The position numbers were made by a program, and so were the translations under genes. From Pachysolen tannophilus NRRL Y-2460 (lineage: Eukaryota), in assembly GCA_001661245.1 (NCBI GenBank), contig KV454015.1, forward strand, positions 475,465-539,464: a DNA stretch of 64,000 nt, written 5' to 3'. Shown piece by piece: positions 34,669-45,668 of the stretch. A model generated the notes under the pieces. It ran no database searches and was not told the origin of the DNA. It was given only the letters and a program-made list of their open reading frames with translations. Positions within the stretch are counted from its first letter, which is position 1; the number at the start of each line of letters is the position of its first letter.

Positions 34669-36156
34669 ATGTCGTCTTCATTGGGAACATCTAGAGTTGG
34701 TAAGAAAACTGGTCATTTAAAGCACAAGAAGGAGAGTGCTATTGAATTAGCTGCAAAGATAAAGCAAAGAGCATTAGAAGCTAGTAAGAATAAGAATAAA
34801 AATAAGAGTAATGAAAAGTTACAACATCAAGAAATAACGAAACAAGAAGAAGAAGAAAATGAGAGTGAGGTTAGTGTTGGTGATAATGATGATGGTGGTA
34901 AAGTATTTGAATCATTTAAAGAGTTGAAACTTGTACCTGAATTATTAGAATCATGTGAGCAAATGAATTTTACAAAACCAACTCCTATTCAAGCAGAAGC
35001 TATACCTCATGCTTTAGAAGGTCATGATATTATTGGATTAGCCCAAACTGGGTCGGGGAAGACAGCTGCGTTTGCTATACCTATACTTCAGGCTTTATGG
35101 TATGCACAAACTCCATATTTTGCCTGTGTATTGGCACCAACAAGAGAATTAGCATATCAAATTAGAGAAACTTTTGATGCATTAGGATCAAATATGGGAC
35201 TTAGATGTGTTACAATAGTGGGTGGAATGGATATGATGGATCAGGCAAGAGATTTAATGAGGAAACCTCATGTTATTGTTGCAACACCTGGTAGATTAAT
35301 GGATCATTTAGAACATACAAAAGGTTTTTCATTAAGAGCATTAAAATATTTAGTTATGGATGAAGCTGATAGATTATTAGATATGGATTTTGGACCTGCT
35401 TTAGATAAAATTTTAAAAATAATACCAAAGGAAAGAATTACTTATTTATTTTCTGCAACAATGACAAGTAAAATTGAAAAATTACAAAGAGCTTCATTAC
35501 ATAATCCAGTTAGAGTTGCTGTTTCTGATAAATATTCAACTGTTGATACTTTAATTCAATCATTAATGGTTGTACCTGATGGTTATAAAAATACTTTTTT
35601 AATTTATTTACTTAATGAATATGTTGGTAAATCAATGATAATTTTTACAAGAACTTGTGCACATACTCAAAGAACTGCTTTATTAGCAAGAATTTTAGGA
35701 TTTTCTGCAATTCCATTACATGGTCAATTATCTCAATCTCAAAGATTAGGTGCTTTAAATAAATTTAAATCAGGTGAAAGACAAATATTAGTAGCAACAG
35801 ATGTTGCAGCAAGAGGTTTAGATATACCAGATGTTGATATTGTAATTAATTATGATATTCCAACAGATTCAAAAGCATATATTCATAGAGTAGGAAGAAC
35901 TGCAAGAGCTGGAAAATCAGGTAAATCAATATCATTAGTAACACAATATGATTTGGAATTAATCTTAAGAATTGAAAACGTTATTGGAACAAAATTACCA
36001 AAAGATGTTCCTGATAAAGATATAATTCTTTCATTACATGATAGCGTCGATAAAGCATTTTCAGAAGCAGTACGTCAAACAAAAGAGTTTCACGATAATA
36101 GAAAAGAAAATGGAAGAGATAGAAGACATAGAAATACAGACAGAAACGAAAAATAA
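34669..36156 (+). CDS. RRP3: DEAD-box rRNA helicase Rrp3
   Basis: [40 protein letters not shown] signature. Confidence 0.96.
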   Translation: MSSSLGTSRVGKKTGHLKHKKESAIELAAKIKQRALEASKNKNKNKSNEKLQHQEITKQEEEENESEVSVGDNDDGGKVFESFKELKLVPELLESCEQMNFTKPTPIQAEAIPHALEGHDIIGLAQTGSGKTAAFAIPILQALWYAQTPYFACVLAPTRELAYQIRETFDALGSNMGLRCVTIVGGMDMMDQARDLMRKPHVIVATPGRLMDHLEHTKGFSLRALKYLVMDEADRLLDMDFGPALDKILKIIPKERITYLFSATMTSKIEKLQRASLHNPVRVAVSDKYSTVDTLIQSLMVVPDGYKNTFLIYLLNEYVGKSMIIFTRTCAHTQRTALLARILGFSAIPLHGQLSQSQRLGALNKFKSGERQILVATDVAARGLDIPDVDIVINYDIPTDSKAYIHRVGRTARAGKSGKSISLVTQYDLELILRIENVIGTKLPKDVPDKDIILSLHDSVDKAFSEAVRQTKEFHDNRKENGRDRRHRNTDRNEK

Positions 36157-36361
36157 CTCTTCTCAAGACCCTATCCAAGAACTCCACCTTATATAGTTGT
36201 AATCTTTAAATATTTGTATTTGTTCTTTTAATTACTGCCAAATCATTTACTTTTAACCGTGTAGTGAAAATTTTTGGGAAAATTATCAAAAAGTTGAAGA
36301 TGATGATCAAAGAGAAGAGGTTTACGTATATCATTTATATTTTAATAAATATATAAATAAA

Positions 36362-36400
<39 letters not shown>

Positions 36401-36418
36401 GAGTGTTTAGAGTGGGAG

Positions 36419-37777
36419 ATGATTATGGGTTCATTTATTCAGTCGATTACTTCATTTTTTGAAATTCCTGGTTTTAATTGGAAATTATTAATTCTTGGTT
36501 TTACTGCAGCTAATTTTGTATTTGATTCTTATTTAAGTTTACGTCAAATTAAACATTTAAAAGCAACTCATGATAAAGTTCCAGTGGAATTACAAGAAAA
36601 GATAGATGCCAAGACAGCGCTTAAATCTCAAGATTATTCATTGAGTAAATTGAAATTTTCAATGTTTAGTGGTATTTATTCTTTAATTCAAGATGTTCTT
36701 GTTATGAAATATGATATATTACCTATTGTTTGGTCAAAATCTTTTGAAATAATGATTAAATTTAATGAAAAATTACCATTATTTAATTTTATGTCTGGTT
36801 CTATAACTCAATCATTAATTTTTTTTGGTCAATTTGGTTTATTAAGACTTTTATTATCACTTCCAATTAGTTATTATCAAAATTTTGTATTAGAAGAAAA
36901 ATTTGGATTTAATAAATTAACTTTTAAACTTTGGATTACTGATATGTTAAAAGAAATTCTGGTTTCTGTTATATTAGGTTTCCCATTCTTGGCTATTTTT
37001 TTAAAGATTATTGATTATTTTGGTGATAATTTTATGTTTTATCTGTCAAGTTTTTTATTTATATTTCAAATTTTTATTGTTATTGTTTATCCAAAATTTA
37101 TTCAACCATTGTTTAATAAATTAACACCATTAGAAAATGGAGATTTAAAATCATCTATTGAAAAATTAGCTGCAGATAATAAATTCCCATTGGATAAGCT
37201 TTACGTTATTGATGGATCAAAAAGATCTTCTCATTCAAATGCTTATTTTTTAGGTTTACCATGGGGACCAAAACAAATTGTTATTTATGATACTTTAATT
37301 GAACATTCTTCAGTTCCTGAAACAACAGCTGTATTAGGTCATGAAATTGGTCATTGGGCTTTATCTCATACAACAAAAATGTTATTAATTAGTCAAGTTC
37401 ATACTTTTGCTATTTTAACTTTATTTGCAGGATTTGTTAAAAATAATTCTTTATATCAATCTTTTGGTTTTTATAAAGATCAACCAATTTTAATTGGTTT
37501 CATCTTATTTGGTGATATCTTATCACCATTGGATGCTTTCATCACATTCTTAATGAATTTATTAAGTAGAAAATATGAATATCAAGCAGATGAATATTCA
37601 GTTAATTTAGGTTATGCAAAAGAATTATCCAATGCTTTAATTATTTTACACAAAGAAAACTTGAGCTCAATGAGTGTTGATTGGTTATACAGCGCTTACC
37701 AGTATAATCATCCTCACTTAACAGAAAGATTAAGAGCTATCAATAAATTAGTTGCAAATGAAAAGAAACAAGAATAA
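36419..37777 (+). CDS. STE24: CAAX prenyl protease (M48)
   Basis: DGSKRSSHSNAYF, HEIGH, EYQAD, HPHLTERL. Confidence 0.96.
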   Translation: MIMGSFIQSITSFFEIPGFNWKLLILGFTAANFVFDSYLSLRQIKHLKATHDKVPVELQEKIDAKTALKSQDYSLSKLKFSMFSGIYSLIQDVLVMKYDILPIVWSKSFEIMIKFNEKLPLFNFMSGSITQSLIFFGQFGLLRLLLSLPISYYQNFVLEEKFGFNKLTFKLWITDMLKEILVSVILGFPFLAIFLKIIDYFGDNFMFYLSSFLFIFQIFIVIVYPKFIQPLFNKLTPLENGDLKSSIEKLAADNKFPLDKLYVIDGSKRSSHSNAYFLGLPWGPKQIVIYDTLIEHSSVPETTAVLGHEIGHWALSHTTKMLLISQVHTFAILTLFAGFVKNNSLYQSFGFYKDQPILIGFILFGDILSPLDAFITFLMNLLSRKYEYQADEYSVNLGYAKELSNALIILHKENLSSMSVDWLYSAYQYNHPHLTERLRAINKLVANEKKQE

Positions 37778-38272
37778 AAAATAAGATAATTTTTTTTTGT
37801 AGATAGATATATAGCCATTTTAAGAATATATTTATAATCATTACTAAATAACAGATATCGCAGAATACACTCCTGCCCTACTTCTTCCGCTGCTTCTTCT
37901 AATGCTGCCGCTGATGTTTCTGCTTCTGCTACTGCTTCTACGATTAAAAGAATTCCACCTTATTAAAACCCCTCCTTCGTTTATTTTGGTTTTTTTTCTA
38001 TTTTTTGACTCAACTGATAACATATTTAAAGAGGAGAAAGTTACTTACAGTAAACAAACACAGATAAACAACAATAAAAGATTAATCTCTACTTTTTCCA
38101 TTTTCTCCATCACCTTTCCCCTTAGAATATATCTATCTATCTATCTATATATAAACGATGGCTAGCTCTATTCTTTTTATTCTTCTTCTTGTTCGTTCTT
38201 TCTTTTTGAATGAATTGAACTTTTGTGAGGGCTGTAGTTTTAATAATTTTTAAAAAATTTTGAAAAAACAAT

Positions 38273-39493
38273 ATGATGAAAAGGTTGCTGTCAAACTCCA
38301 TTATAACCAAGTTTGATACTGGAAGTTTATTCAAGAATAGGTTTAATTATCAAGAAATATCTGGTGAAAGTTGTGAGTTTGGTAAAAGATTTGATGTTGA
38401 GATAATACCTTTCTTTGATCAATCAAAAAGTTTACTGAATGTAAAGCCAAATATTAGTAAATTTGTGTTAATAGATATATTTAAATCACATAAGATGGAA
38501 TCTGAATTTTTACAAAATATAGCAAATTATAAACCTAGATATTTTAATAATTCTAAAGTTTCTATATGGCATAAGTTACCTATAAGTCGTCGTTCAGCGG
38601 TATTGGTGATATTATTTTTAGGGAAATCTGGAGAGTTAAGAGTTGTATTGAGTAAAAGATCTAGAAAATTAAGAAGTTTTCCTGGAAATATTGCATTACC
38701 AGGTGGAAGAGCAGATACTGGATTAGAAAGTGAATGGCAAACTGCTAGAAGAGAAACTGAAGAAGAAATTGGTATATCACAAAGTGATTTAATTTTAAAA
38801 GAAAAATTTGGATGTTCTATAGATCAAATAAATTTATTCCCATGTTATTTATCAAGAACTTTTTTAGCTGTAACTCCATGTATTGGATTTTTAAAATGGT
38901 CACCATCAAAATTGAAATCTTTTGAAGATCAGCATATTTCTTCAGTTATGTTAAATCCAGGAGAAAGTTCAAGTATATTCAGTGTACCATTAAAAGATTT
39001 CCTTCAACCAAAACCAAGAAATGAAAAACTTAAAGAATGTTTAAAATCTAAACATATAACTACAAAATGGGGGGATTTACCTTGGCAATATAGATCATTT
39101 ATTTTCCCAATAGATAATCCAAATGAAGTTAAATGGTTAGATGAAGTTCAAGATTTATCTTCATCAGAAGAAGAAACAGCAAAAGAAATTGAATTAAATG
39201 ATTTAGGAGAAAAGATAAAAATTAGAGATGTATGGGGGTTAACTGCTAATATATTACATGATTTAGCTGATATAACTTATAACGGTTCAAAACTGTATGA
39301 TAAAGAAATTGGCGAAGAAGAATTATTAAATGCATTACATGAAGAAGGTGGTCAACTCTCAACTAAACAAAGAACAGATTATGAATTAAAAATGATGAAT
39401 CATACATCTGCTAAAAATGCTAGTTTTAAAGAATATTTAAGTAAAGAAACTTTCCAAAAATTACAAAAAATATATAATGGTAATGTTGCTTAA
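38273..39493 (+). CDS. PCD1: Nudix CoA diphosphatase, Pcd1-like (alternative ATG at 38495)
   Basis: RRSAVL, LSKRSRKLRSFPGNIALPGG, Nudix box ARRETEEEIG, VWGLTANIL. Confidence 0.85.
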   Translation: MMKRLLSNSIITKFDTGSLFKNRFNYQEISGESCEFGKRFDVEIIPFFDQSKSLLNVKPNISKFVLIDIFKSHKMESEFLQNIANYKPRYFNNSKVSIWHKLPISRRSAVLVILFLGKSGELRVVLSKRSRKLRSFPGNIALPGGRADTGLESEWQTARRETEEEIGISQSDLILKEKFGCSIDQINLFPCYLSRTFLAVTPCIGFLKWSPSKLKSFEDQHISSVMLNPGESSSIFSVPLKDFLQPKPRNEKLKECLKSKHITTKWGDLPWQYRSFIFPIDNPNEVKWLDEVQDLSSSEEETAKEIELNDLGEKIKIRDVWGLTANILHDLADITYNGSKLYDKEIGEEELLNALHEEGGQLSTKQRTDYELKMMNHTSAKNASFKEYLSKETFQKLQKIYNGNVA

Positions 39494-39732
39494 TTATAAC
39501 TTTGAACATTTCAGAGGTCATAGATAAAGAATCATACTATATACTAGTGGAATAATATATAAAAAGAAAACAAATTTTACAAAAATTGACAAAATATAAA
39601 GTAAAAAAAGTCATAAAAACAAAGATAATAATAATGAAAATCAAAGAAATATAAATTTAAATTTTTAAGCGTACACAATGATGATCATCATGATAATAAT
39701 CATGATAATAATCAATAATCAATCATCTTTAA

Positions 39733-41730
39733 TTAATGTTTCTGGTCTTCAATGAAACAACTGGTATTTTCATAAATACCCATGTATTTGATAAACTCTT
39801 CAGTCTCCTTCTTAACTTTTTCCTTGTGATCATTATCCCAATTCAATTCCTCGCCCATGACTTTAACAACACCATCAACAGCTTCTAAACCAACTTTAGC
39901 ATCTAACATTGCTAATCTTGTTCTTCTTGCCAAGAAATCAATTGGATGTCTTGTATATTCATTAGCGATTGAATATTTCAATTCAGCAACAGTAAATGGA
40001 TATTGGAAATTATTATATGATGGTTTAACATTATCTGAAGCCAATCCAACAGGTAATTGATTTGCTTCATCTTTTTTGTATAATTCCAAAACTAAACCTG
40101 CTTTATCACCATAATATGCAGCCAAATGTTCTGCTAATTCTGATGGAACTTGATATTCTTGAGCTAATCTAGCAGCTAATGTTCTATCGAAAAATTCAGC
40201 ACCGTATAATTTATAACGTTTAGTTTGACATGGTTTTAAAGCAATTTTCTTGGAGTTATTTGTTTTCAATTCTGGGAATTTTTCAATTACAGTATCAATA
40301 GTTTCTTGAGCCATTTCTCTATAAGTAGTCCATTTACCACCACTAATTGTAATCAAACCTGAATCAGTTTGATGGATCAAATGATTTCTAACCAAATCTT
40401 GAGTAGTACCATCTTTTGGAACTTTCCTTGGATCTTTAACCAATGGTCTAATACCACACCAAGCACTTAAGACATCTTCTCTCTTAACTTCAAACTTAAT
40501 ATATGGTTGTAATTCTTTTAAAATATCACGGATTTCTTCTTCTGATGGAATAGGAGAATCTGGAACTTTTTTCAAAGGAGTATCAGTGGTACCAGCCAAG
40601 ACTCTGCCTTGCCATGGTAAGAAAAACATAACTCTACCATCGGATGTTGAAGGATCTAATAAACCCAAATCTTTTGGACAATAATAATCTGGAAGCATAA
40701 CGTGGACACCACCTGAAGGAACAACCATTCTTGGAGTATTGAGAGGAAGTGCTGGGGCAACACCTTTAACGTCATGGTCCATATCCAAGATAGTATCAGA
40801 TTTTGGACCAGTAGCATTAATAACGGCATCAGCACCAACCAAATATTCATTACCAGTTTCAGAGTCAACAACTCTGACACCTTTAACTTTGTTATCATCA
40901 GTCTTTAACAATTGTTTAACTTCCATATAGTTTAAAACCGTTGCACCATCCTTAATAGCGGTCAACGCTAACGCGACATTCATTCTTGAATCATTAAATG
41001 AACCATCATGATAAACCAAGGCACTTACCAAGTTATCAGCTTTTAACATTGGAGCAGCAGCAATAGCAGATGAAGGACTCAATATATATGAAGATTTTAA
41101 ATTTTGACTACCAGCAAAGAAATCGTACAGTTTACAACCAACATACATATATGGAACTTCCCACCATTTATAAACTGGAATCATAATTGGTAAAACTGAT
41201 GACAAATGAGGAGCATTCTCCAACATTGAAGATCTTTCATTCAAGGCCTCAATGACTAAATCCAATTGAGCCTTTGACAATTCCCAAAAAGCTTTTTCTA
41301 AATATCTAACACCACCATGTGCCATTTTTGTAGATTTTGAAGAAGTACCAGAAGCAAAATCATTCTTCTCCAACAACAACACATTTAAACCTCTTGTAGT
41401 AGCATCTACCGCACATCCAGTACCAGTAGCACCACCACCAATGATAATTAAATCATATTTAATTTGAGCATCAGAAGCGGAAAATTCATTTTCCTTTTTA
41501 GTAGTACCAAATTTCTCCGAAATTGTAGGACCTAATCTTTTAATTAAAGCTTCTCTTGAAGGTAATGGAGGTAATTCTTTGATGATCGCTGGAAGTTTAT
41601 CCTTTATAGCAGAATCATTCTCCAACTTGTCATGAGCATAACTATAACTCAGAAGTGAAGCACCACCAACAACAGATGTTAAAGCAGTCGCTTTTAATAA
41701 ACGCCCAAGAATCAGTGGAAATCTAGACAT
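39733..41730 (-). CDS. GUT2: Mitochondrial FAD glycerol-3-phosphate dehydrogenase
   Basis: IIGGGATGTG, GTSSKSTKMAHGGVRYL, GGKWTTYR, LARRTRL. Confidence 0.97.
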   Translation of the reverse strand: MSRFPLILGRLLKATALTSVVGGASLLSYSYAHDKLENDSAIKDKLPAIIKELPPLPSREALIKRLGPTISEKFGTTKKENEFSASDAQIKYDLIIIGGGATGTGCAVDATTRGLNVLLLEKNDFASGTSSKSTKMAHGGVRYLEKAFWELSKAQLDLVIEALNERSSMLENAPHLSSVLPIMIPVYKWWEVPYMYVGCKLYDFFAGSQNLKSSYILSPSSAIAAAPMLKADNLVSALVYHDGSFNDSRMNVALALTAIKDGATVLNYMEVKQLLKTDDNKVKGVRVVDSETGNEYLVGADAVINATGPKSDTILDMDHDVKGVAPALPLNTPRMVVPSGGVHVMLPDYYCPKDLGLLDPSTSDGRVMFFLPWQGRVLAGTTDTPLKKVPDSPIPSEEEIRDILKELQPYIKFEVKREDVLSAWCGIRPLVKDPRKVPKDGTTQDLVRNHLIHQTDSGLITISGGKWTTYREMAQETIDTVIEKFPELKTNNSKKIALKPCQTKRYKLYGAEFFDRTLAARLAQEYQVPSELAEHLAAYYGDKAGLVLELYKKDEANQLPVGLASDNVKPSYNNFQYPFTVAELKYSIANEYTRHPIDFLARRTRLAMLDAKVGLEAVDGVVKVMGEELNWDNDHKEKVKKETEEFIKYMGIYENTSCFIEDQKH

Positions 41731-42404
41731 TGTTATCTCCACTTATTTTTTTTTTCTGAATACTATAAATTTATCGAAGAAAAAAGCAAAAAAAGAAAGA
41801 AAGAAAAAAAAAAAAAATATTCAGAAACAAATATTCTCTTCTTTCAGAAACCAAATCAAGAACTAAATATTCATTAATTTGAATTGCGGTAGAATTGAAA
41901 AGAAATCTATATTCATATATATTTAAATATTATATGATAAATTTGGTTTTACCTGGATTTTTATAAGGAAAAACTAAAATTTGTCGCTGAAAGAAAAAAA
42001 AAAAAAAAAAAAAAAGTGTTCTTCAGAATACCGGAATATTTGTTTCCGCAATTACTCCACCAAAATTAAAGTCTTTCATAAATTGAGGTACAAATTTATT
42101 ACAACATTCTGAAATTGCCGGAGAAACTCTCTTGACCTTGCCTGTTTGGTTTAGCCCCGGGGTGAGTTTTCTGTTAATATGCCCCAATGACGAAAAGTTT
42201 TTCATACGGTTGTGAGAGGGTACCGCAGTTTTCTATTATATGTAAATAGCGGGGGGTGGAATATATAATTTAATGTTCAATAATAATCAGTAAATAATAT
42301 TTATTGCATTAAGGCTTGTAAGTATGTAAAAGTAAACTTTACATGTCAATTGACCAATTATGAATTAGTAGCGTTCACTTTTCTTGAAAATAAAAACAAA
42401 ACTG

Positions 42405-42441
<37 letters not shown>

Positions 42442-43093
42442 AAGTTTTCAGGTTTCTCCATGATTATCCGGAAAAACTAGATATTCCGGATAACGCTATA
42501 TTTTATTCTGTTCTATAATTGTTGATGAAATCGAAATCGAAATTAAAATCGAAATCTGGAGTTGAAAAAGCAAAAAAGAAGAAAAAACTAAATTAACACT
42601 CGCGCCATTATCACACGATTAGAATGTCATAAATCAAACCAAAAACCAAAACAAATGAAAAGACACTGTTTGCGATTTCTATTGCCTATTCTTTTGTCTT
42701 ACCAAAAATCATATGCTTTCCTTACTCGTTGAAAAATTGGTTTTCCAAAGTCATGCCAAAAATTTCAATTAGAATAAAATTTCAGAACGCTAATGTGCCT
42801 TTTTTCCGGTAAGTACTAATTATTCTTTATTACCAAGACCCCATTCATTATTATGAATAACATAAGCACACAAGATCCAGAATCAAATTGAAAAATATTC
42901 ATGCTATCAACCTTAATTCAAATGTTTTATCAAATATAAAGTTATCACAATCCAGCCTCTTTTCTTCGGATTCTCTTTCTTCTTCTTCTTTTTACAACCC
43001 CGCCAATTTTTTGAAAAATTATAAAGTCACCGATCACCGACTCCAGTTTTTTATATCAAAAAAAAAAAAAAAAAATATACACACTCAACACAT

Positions 43094-43335
43094 CTATGTA
43101 TGACAAACTCGCATAGAAGACAAACTTACCAACTACAACGAACTCTCATATCATCTACTCCCTTCAGAAATGGAGCAATTCTACCTCTTCTACCTCCTCT
43201 ACTTCTTCTTGTACTATGAAGCTCATCAAAAGGCTTCTTGATGACACGTCGGGCCTTATCCGCCAAATTGTTTTTCTTGGCAGATCATCAACATCTCTTA
43301 ATCTCTCGTACAAGTAAGTAGAAGTAGGCAAGTAA
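43094..43335 (-). ncRNA. Candidate structured ncRNA, H/ACA-like, about 240 nt
   Basis: Nested stems with G-U pairs on the minus strand, H-box AGATGA at 43156-43151, 3' hairpin ending in ACA at 43099-43097, TATA-like run near 43370, no ATG-led ORF. Confidence 0.45.
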
Positions 43336-43511
43336 ATAAGTAGTAATAATTGTAATACAATATTGTATATATATATGAAATATTGTAACGAGTTTATAAT
43401 TGAAGAATTAATCTATATCAATCTTCTGTTTAGCTTGATTTAGTTTAGTTGAGAGGTATATATTTATTGGAGCCAAAAAAAGAAATTATTTGTTTTTGCT
43501 TTTTGGGGAAA

Positions 43512-44951
43512 ATGGCTAGTCTCGAGGCAACTTTAAATGAGGAAAACCAAGCTATCTTAAGGACTAATAGAGGTAGATCGATATCTCCAAAGTTGAGGGC
43601 ACGTAGTCGCGGAAGATCAGAAAACCCTGATATTCGATCAACTTCTAGATCAAGACCACAGGATTTTAAATTTTCTATTACAGCACATGATCCATCAGAG
43701 AGATTAAGGTCTCCCTCACGTTTGAGGGAAGATTCGGATTCCGATAAAGAGAGAAATGATGATGAGGATGAAGAAGATGATGATGACCTTTCGTTTGAAG
43801 CGAGTGAAGAAGAGCAGATTACTGATTCGGAGAAAGAATTTGAATTTGATGAATGTGATGGTACTTTACCCAATTTTACTAAACCGGTAAGTTCTTCTGG
43901 GAAATTAAAATCTTTTAATAGTGTTGATTCTACTATAACTGCTCCAAGTTCAAATAGTGATCGCTTGGCGGTTGATGCTAGGAAGGCAATAGAATTGGAA
44001 CAGTTTGAAGCTGCTAATAGAGCTATTAATAATGCGAGAGAAACAAAGAGTGAAATTCCAGTGGAATCGTTAAGACAATTCAATGATGCTGCTGCAGATT
44101 TAGGTATTGTTAAATTGTCAGGACAATTGTATCAAGAACCAGAAGATAGAAGAGAAAAATTGAAATCTTATGCCATATATAAGAAAAAAATAATTTCACC
44201 AGATTCAAATAATGAATATACAAGTAGTGTTGAAGAAAAAATGGATAGTGAATTAGCACAAGAATTAAATGAAACTATAGTAAAATCACCAATAGATTCT
44301 AATATAAGAAATCAAAGGTCAATAAGAACTTTAACAAGAGGTAATTTTTTCGAAATAGTTAAAAAAAATAAAGATTTTCAACCAAAAACTTTTTTACTTT
44401 GTATGGATTTTTCACCAGAATCAATATACGCATTGGAATGGTGTATCGGAACAATATTAGTTGATGGATCAGTATTATATATCGTTAATGTCTTGGAAGA
44501 TACAGAAATAGCTTCTCCTACAATAAATGGTAATCATCCCCATTATAAACTGCCCACAGCAACATCTTCTGCAGTATTTGTTCCAAAATCACAAGATAGA
44601 GAAGGTATTAGAAACGAATCTGTTGAATATATAACAAATGCAACAATAGCGAAATTAAAGATGACCAAGTTACAAGTTCACGTTGTTATTGAAAGCATAC
44701 ATCATCCTATTCCAAGACACTTTATATTGGAAGTTATTGATCATTTGACTCCAAATTTGGTGATTGTAGGCTCAAAGGGAAGATCATCATTGAAAGGTGT
44801 CTTGTTAGGGTCATTATCAAATTATATTGTCACCAAGAGTTCTGTTCCTGTAATGGTTGTTCGTTCGAAGTTGAAAAGAATTACCAAGAAGAAGAAAGTC
44901 TTTAGTAATAATCTTAACCCAGTTCATCTTACTCAAGCAAGAGTTGATTAA
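43512..44951 (+). CDS. Universal stress protein (UspA) domain protein
   Basis: FLLCMDFSPESIYALEW, IVGSKGRSSLKGVLLGSLSNYIVTKSSVPVMVV. Confidence 0.9.
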   Translation: MASLEATLNEENQAILRTNRGRSISPKLRARSRGRSENPDIRSTSRSRPQDFKFSITAHDPSERLRSPSRLREDSDSDKERNDDEDEEDDDDLSFEASEEEQITDSEKEFEFDECDGTLPNFTKPVSSSGKLKSFNSVDSTITAPSSNSDRLAVDARKAIELEQFEAANRAINNARETKSEIPVESLRQFNDAAADLGIVKLSGQLYQEPEDRREKLKSYAIYKKKIISPDSNNEYTSSVEEKMDSELAQELNETIVKSPIDSNIRNQRSIRTLTRGNFFEIVKKNKDFQPKTFLLCMDFSPESIYALEWCIGTILVDGSVLYIVNVLEDTEIASPTINGNHPHYKLPTATSSAVFVPKSQDREGIRNESVEYITNATIAKLKMTKLQVHVVIESIHHPIPRHFILEVIDHLTPNLVIVGSKGRSSLKGVLLGSLSNYIVTKSSVPVMVVRSKLKRITKKKKVFSNNLNPVHLTQARVD

Positions 44952-45182
44952 AACAAATTTTTTATCTTTACGCTGTTTTCACTTCTATATCGTTTATCTC
45001 AGATAATATTTTTTTTTATTTTTTATTTTAGGCCCTTTTCCAATTATTCTTCTTAATGATTGATTGCTATTAATAGTATTTATATATGTCACAAAACGAA
45101 AGTATTCCAATTTCTTATTAACTGTTGTAATTCTATATAATTTCAATCTACTTCAGTAGAAAAAAAAAAACATAAAAAAAAA

Positions 45183-45475
45183 NNNNNNNNNNNNNNNNNN
45201 NNNNNNNNNNNNNNNNNNNNNNNNNNNNNNNNNNNNNNNNNNNNNNNNNNNNNNNNNNNNNNNNNNNNNNNNNNNNNNNNNNNNNNNNNNNNNNNNNNNN
45301 NNNNNNNNNNNNNNNNNNNNNNNNNNNNNNNNNNNNNNNNNNNNNNNNNNNNNNNNNNNNNNNNNNNNNNNNNNNNNNNNNNNNNNNNNNNNNNNNNNNN
45401 NNNNNNNNNNNNNNNNNNNNNNNNNNNNNNNNNNNNNNNNNNNNNNNNNNNNNNNNNNNNNNNNNNNNNNNNNNA
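45183..45475. other. Assembly gap (N run)
   Basis: Ns flanked by poly-A. Confidence 1.
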
Positions 45476-45668
45476 AAAAAAAAAAAAAAAAAAAAAAAGA
45501 TACTAAATGCTAATAAATAATATACAAAAAGAAAAAACAAATGGTAGATAATAAGTCAAGCTGTAAAAACATAAAATATATAAAAAGTCTAATATAGAAA
45601 AGGAAAATATAATGCACAAGAGAGAAAACCACCCAAAATAAAGAAAAGAAAAAAAAATATAGTATTCA

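Noticed and set aside
37844..38110. Possible minus-strand spliced ORF (GTAAGT at 38048, TAG at 37998) and plus ORF 37902-38165
   Set aside because: The 51-nt intron lacks a credible branch point, and the products are low-complexity readings of (GCT/TCT)n sequence
43225..43320. U1 snRNA (ACTTAC and ATCAAGAAG motifs)
   Set aside because: 5' end is ACTTACTT, not ACTTACCT; spacing to the U1-70K-like loop is wrong; no clear Sm site
43445..44083. 212-aa antisense ORF and many other short antisense or overlapping ORFs
   Set aside because: Shadows of real genes or of (AAT)n and poly-A/T tracts
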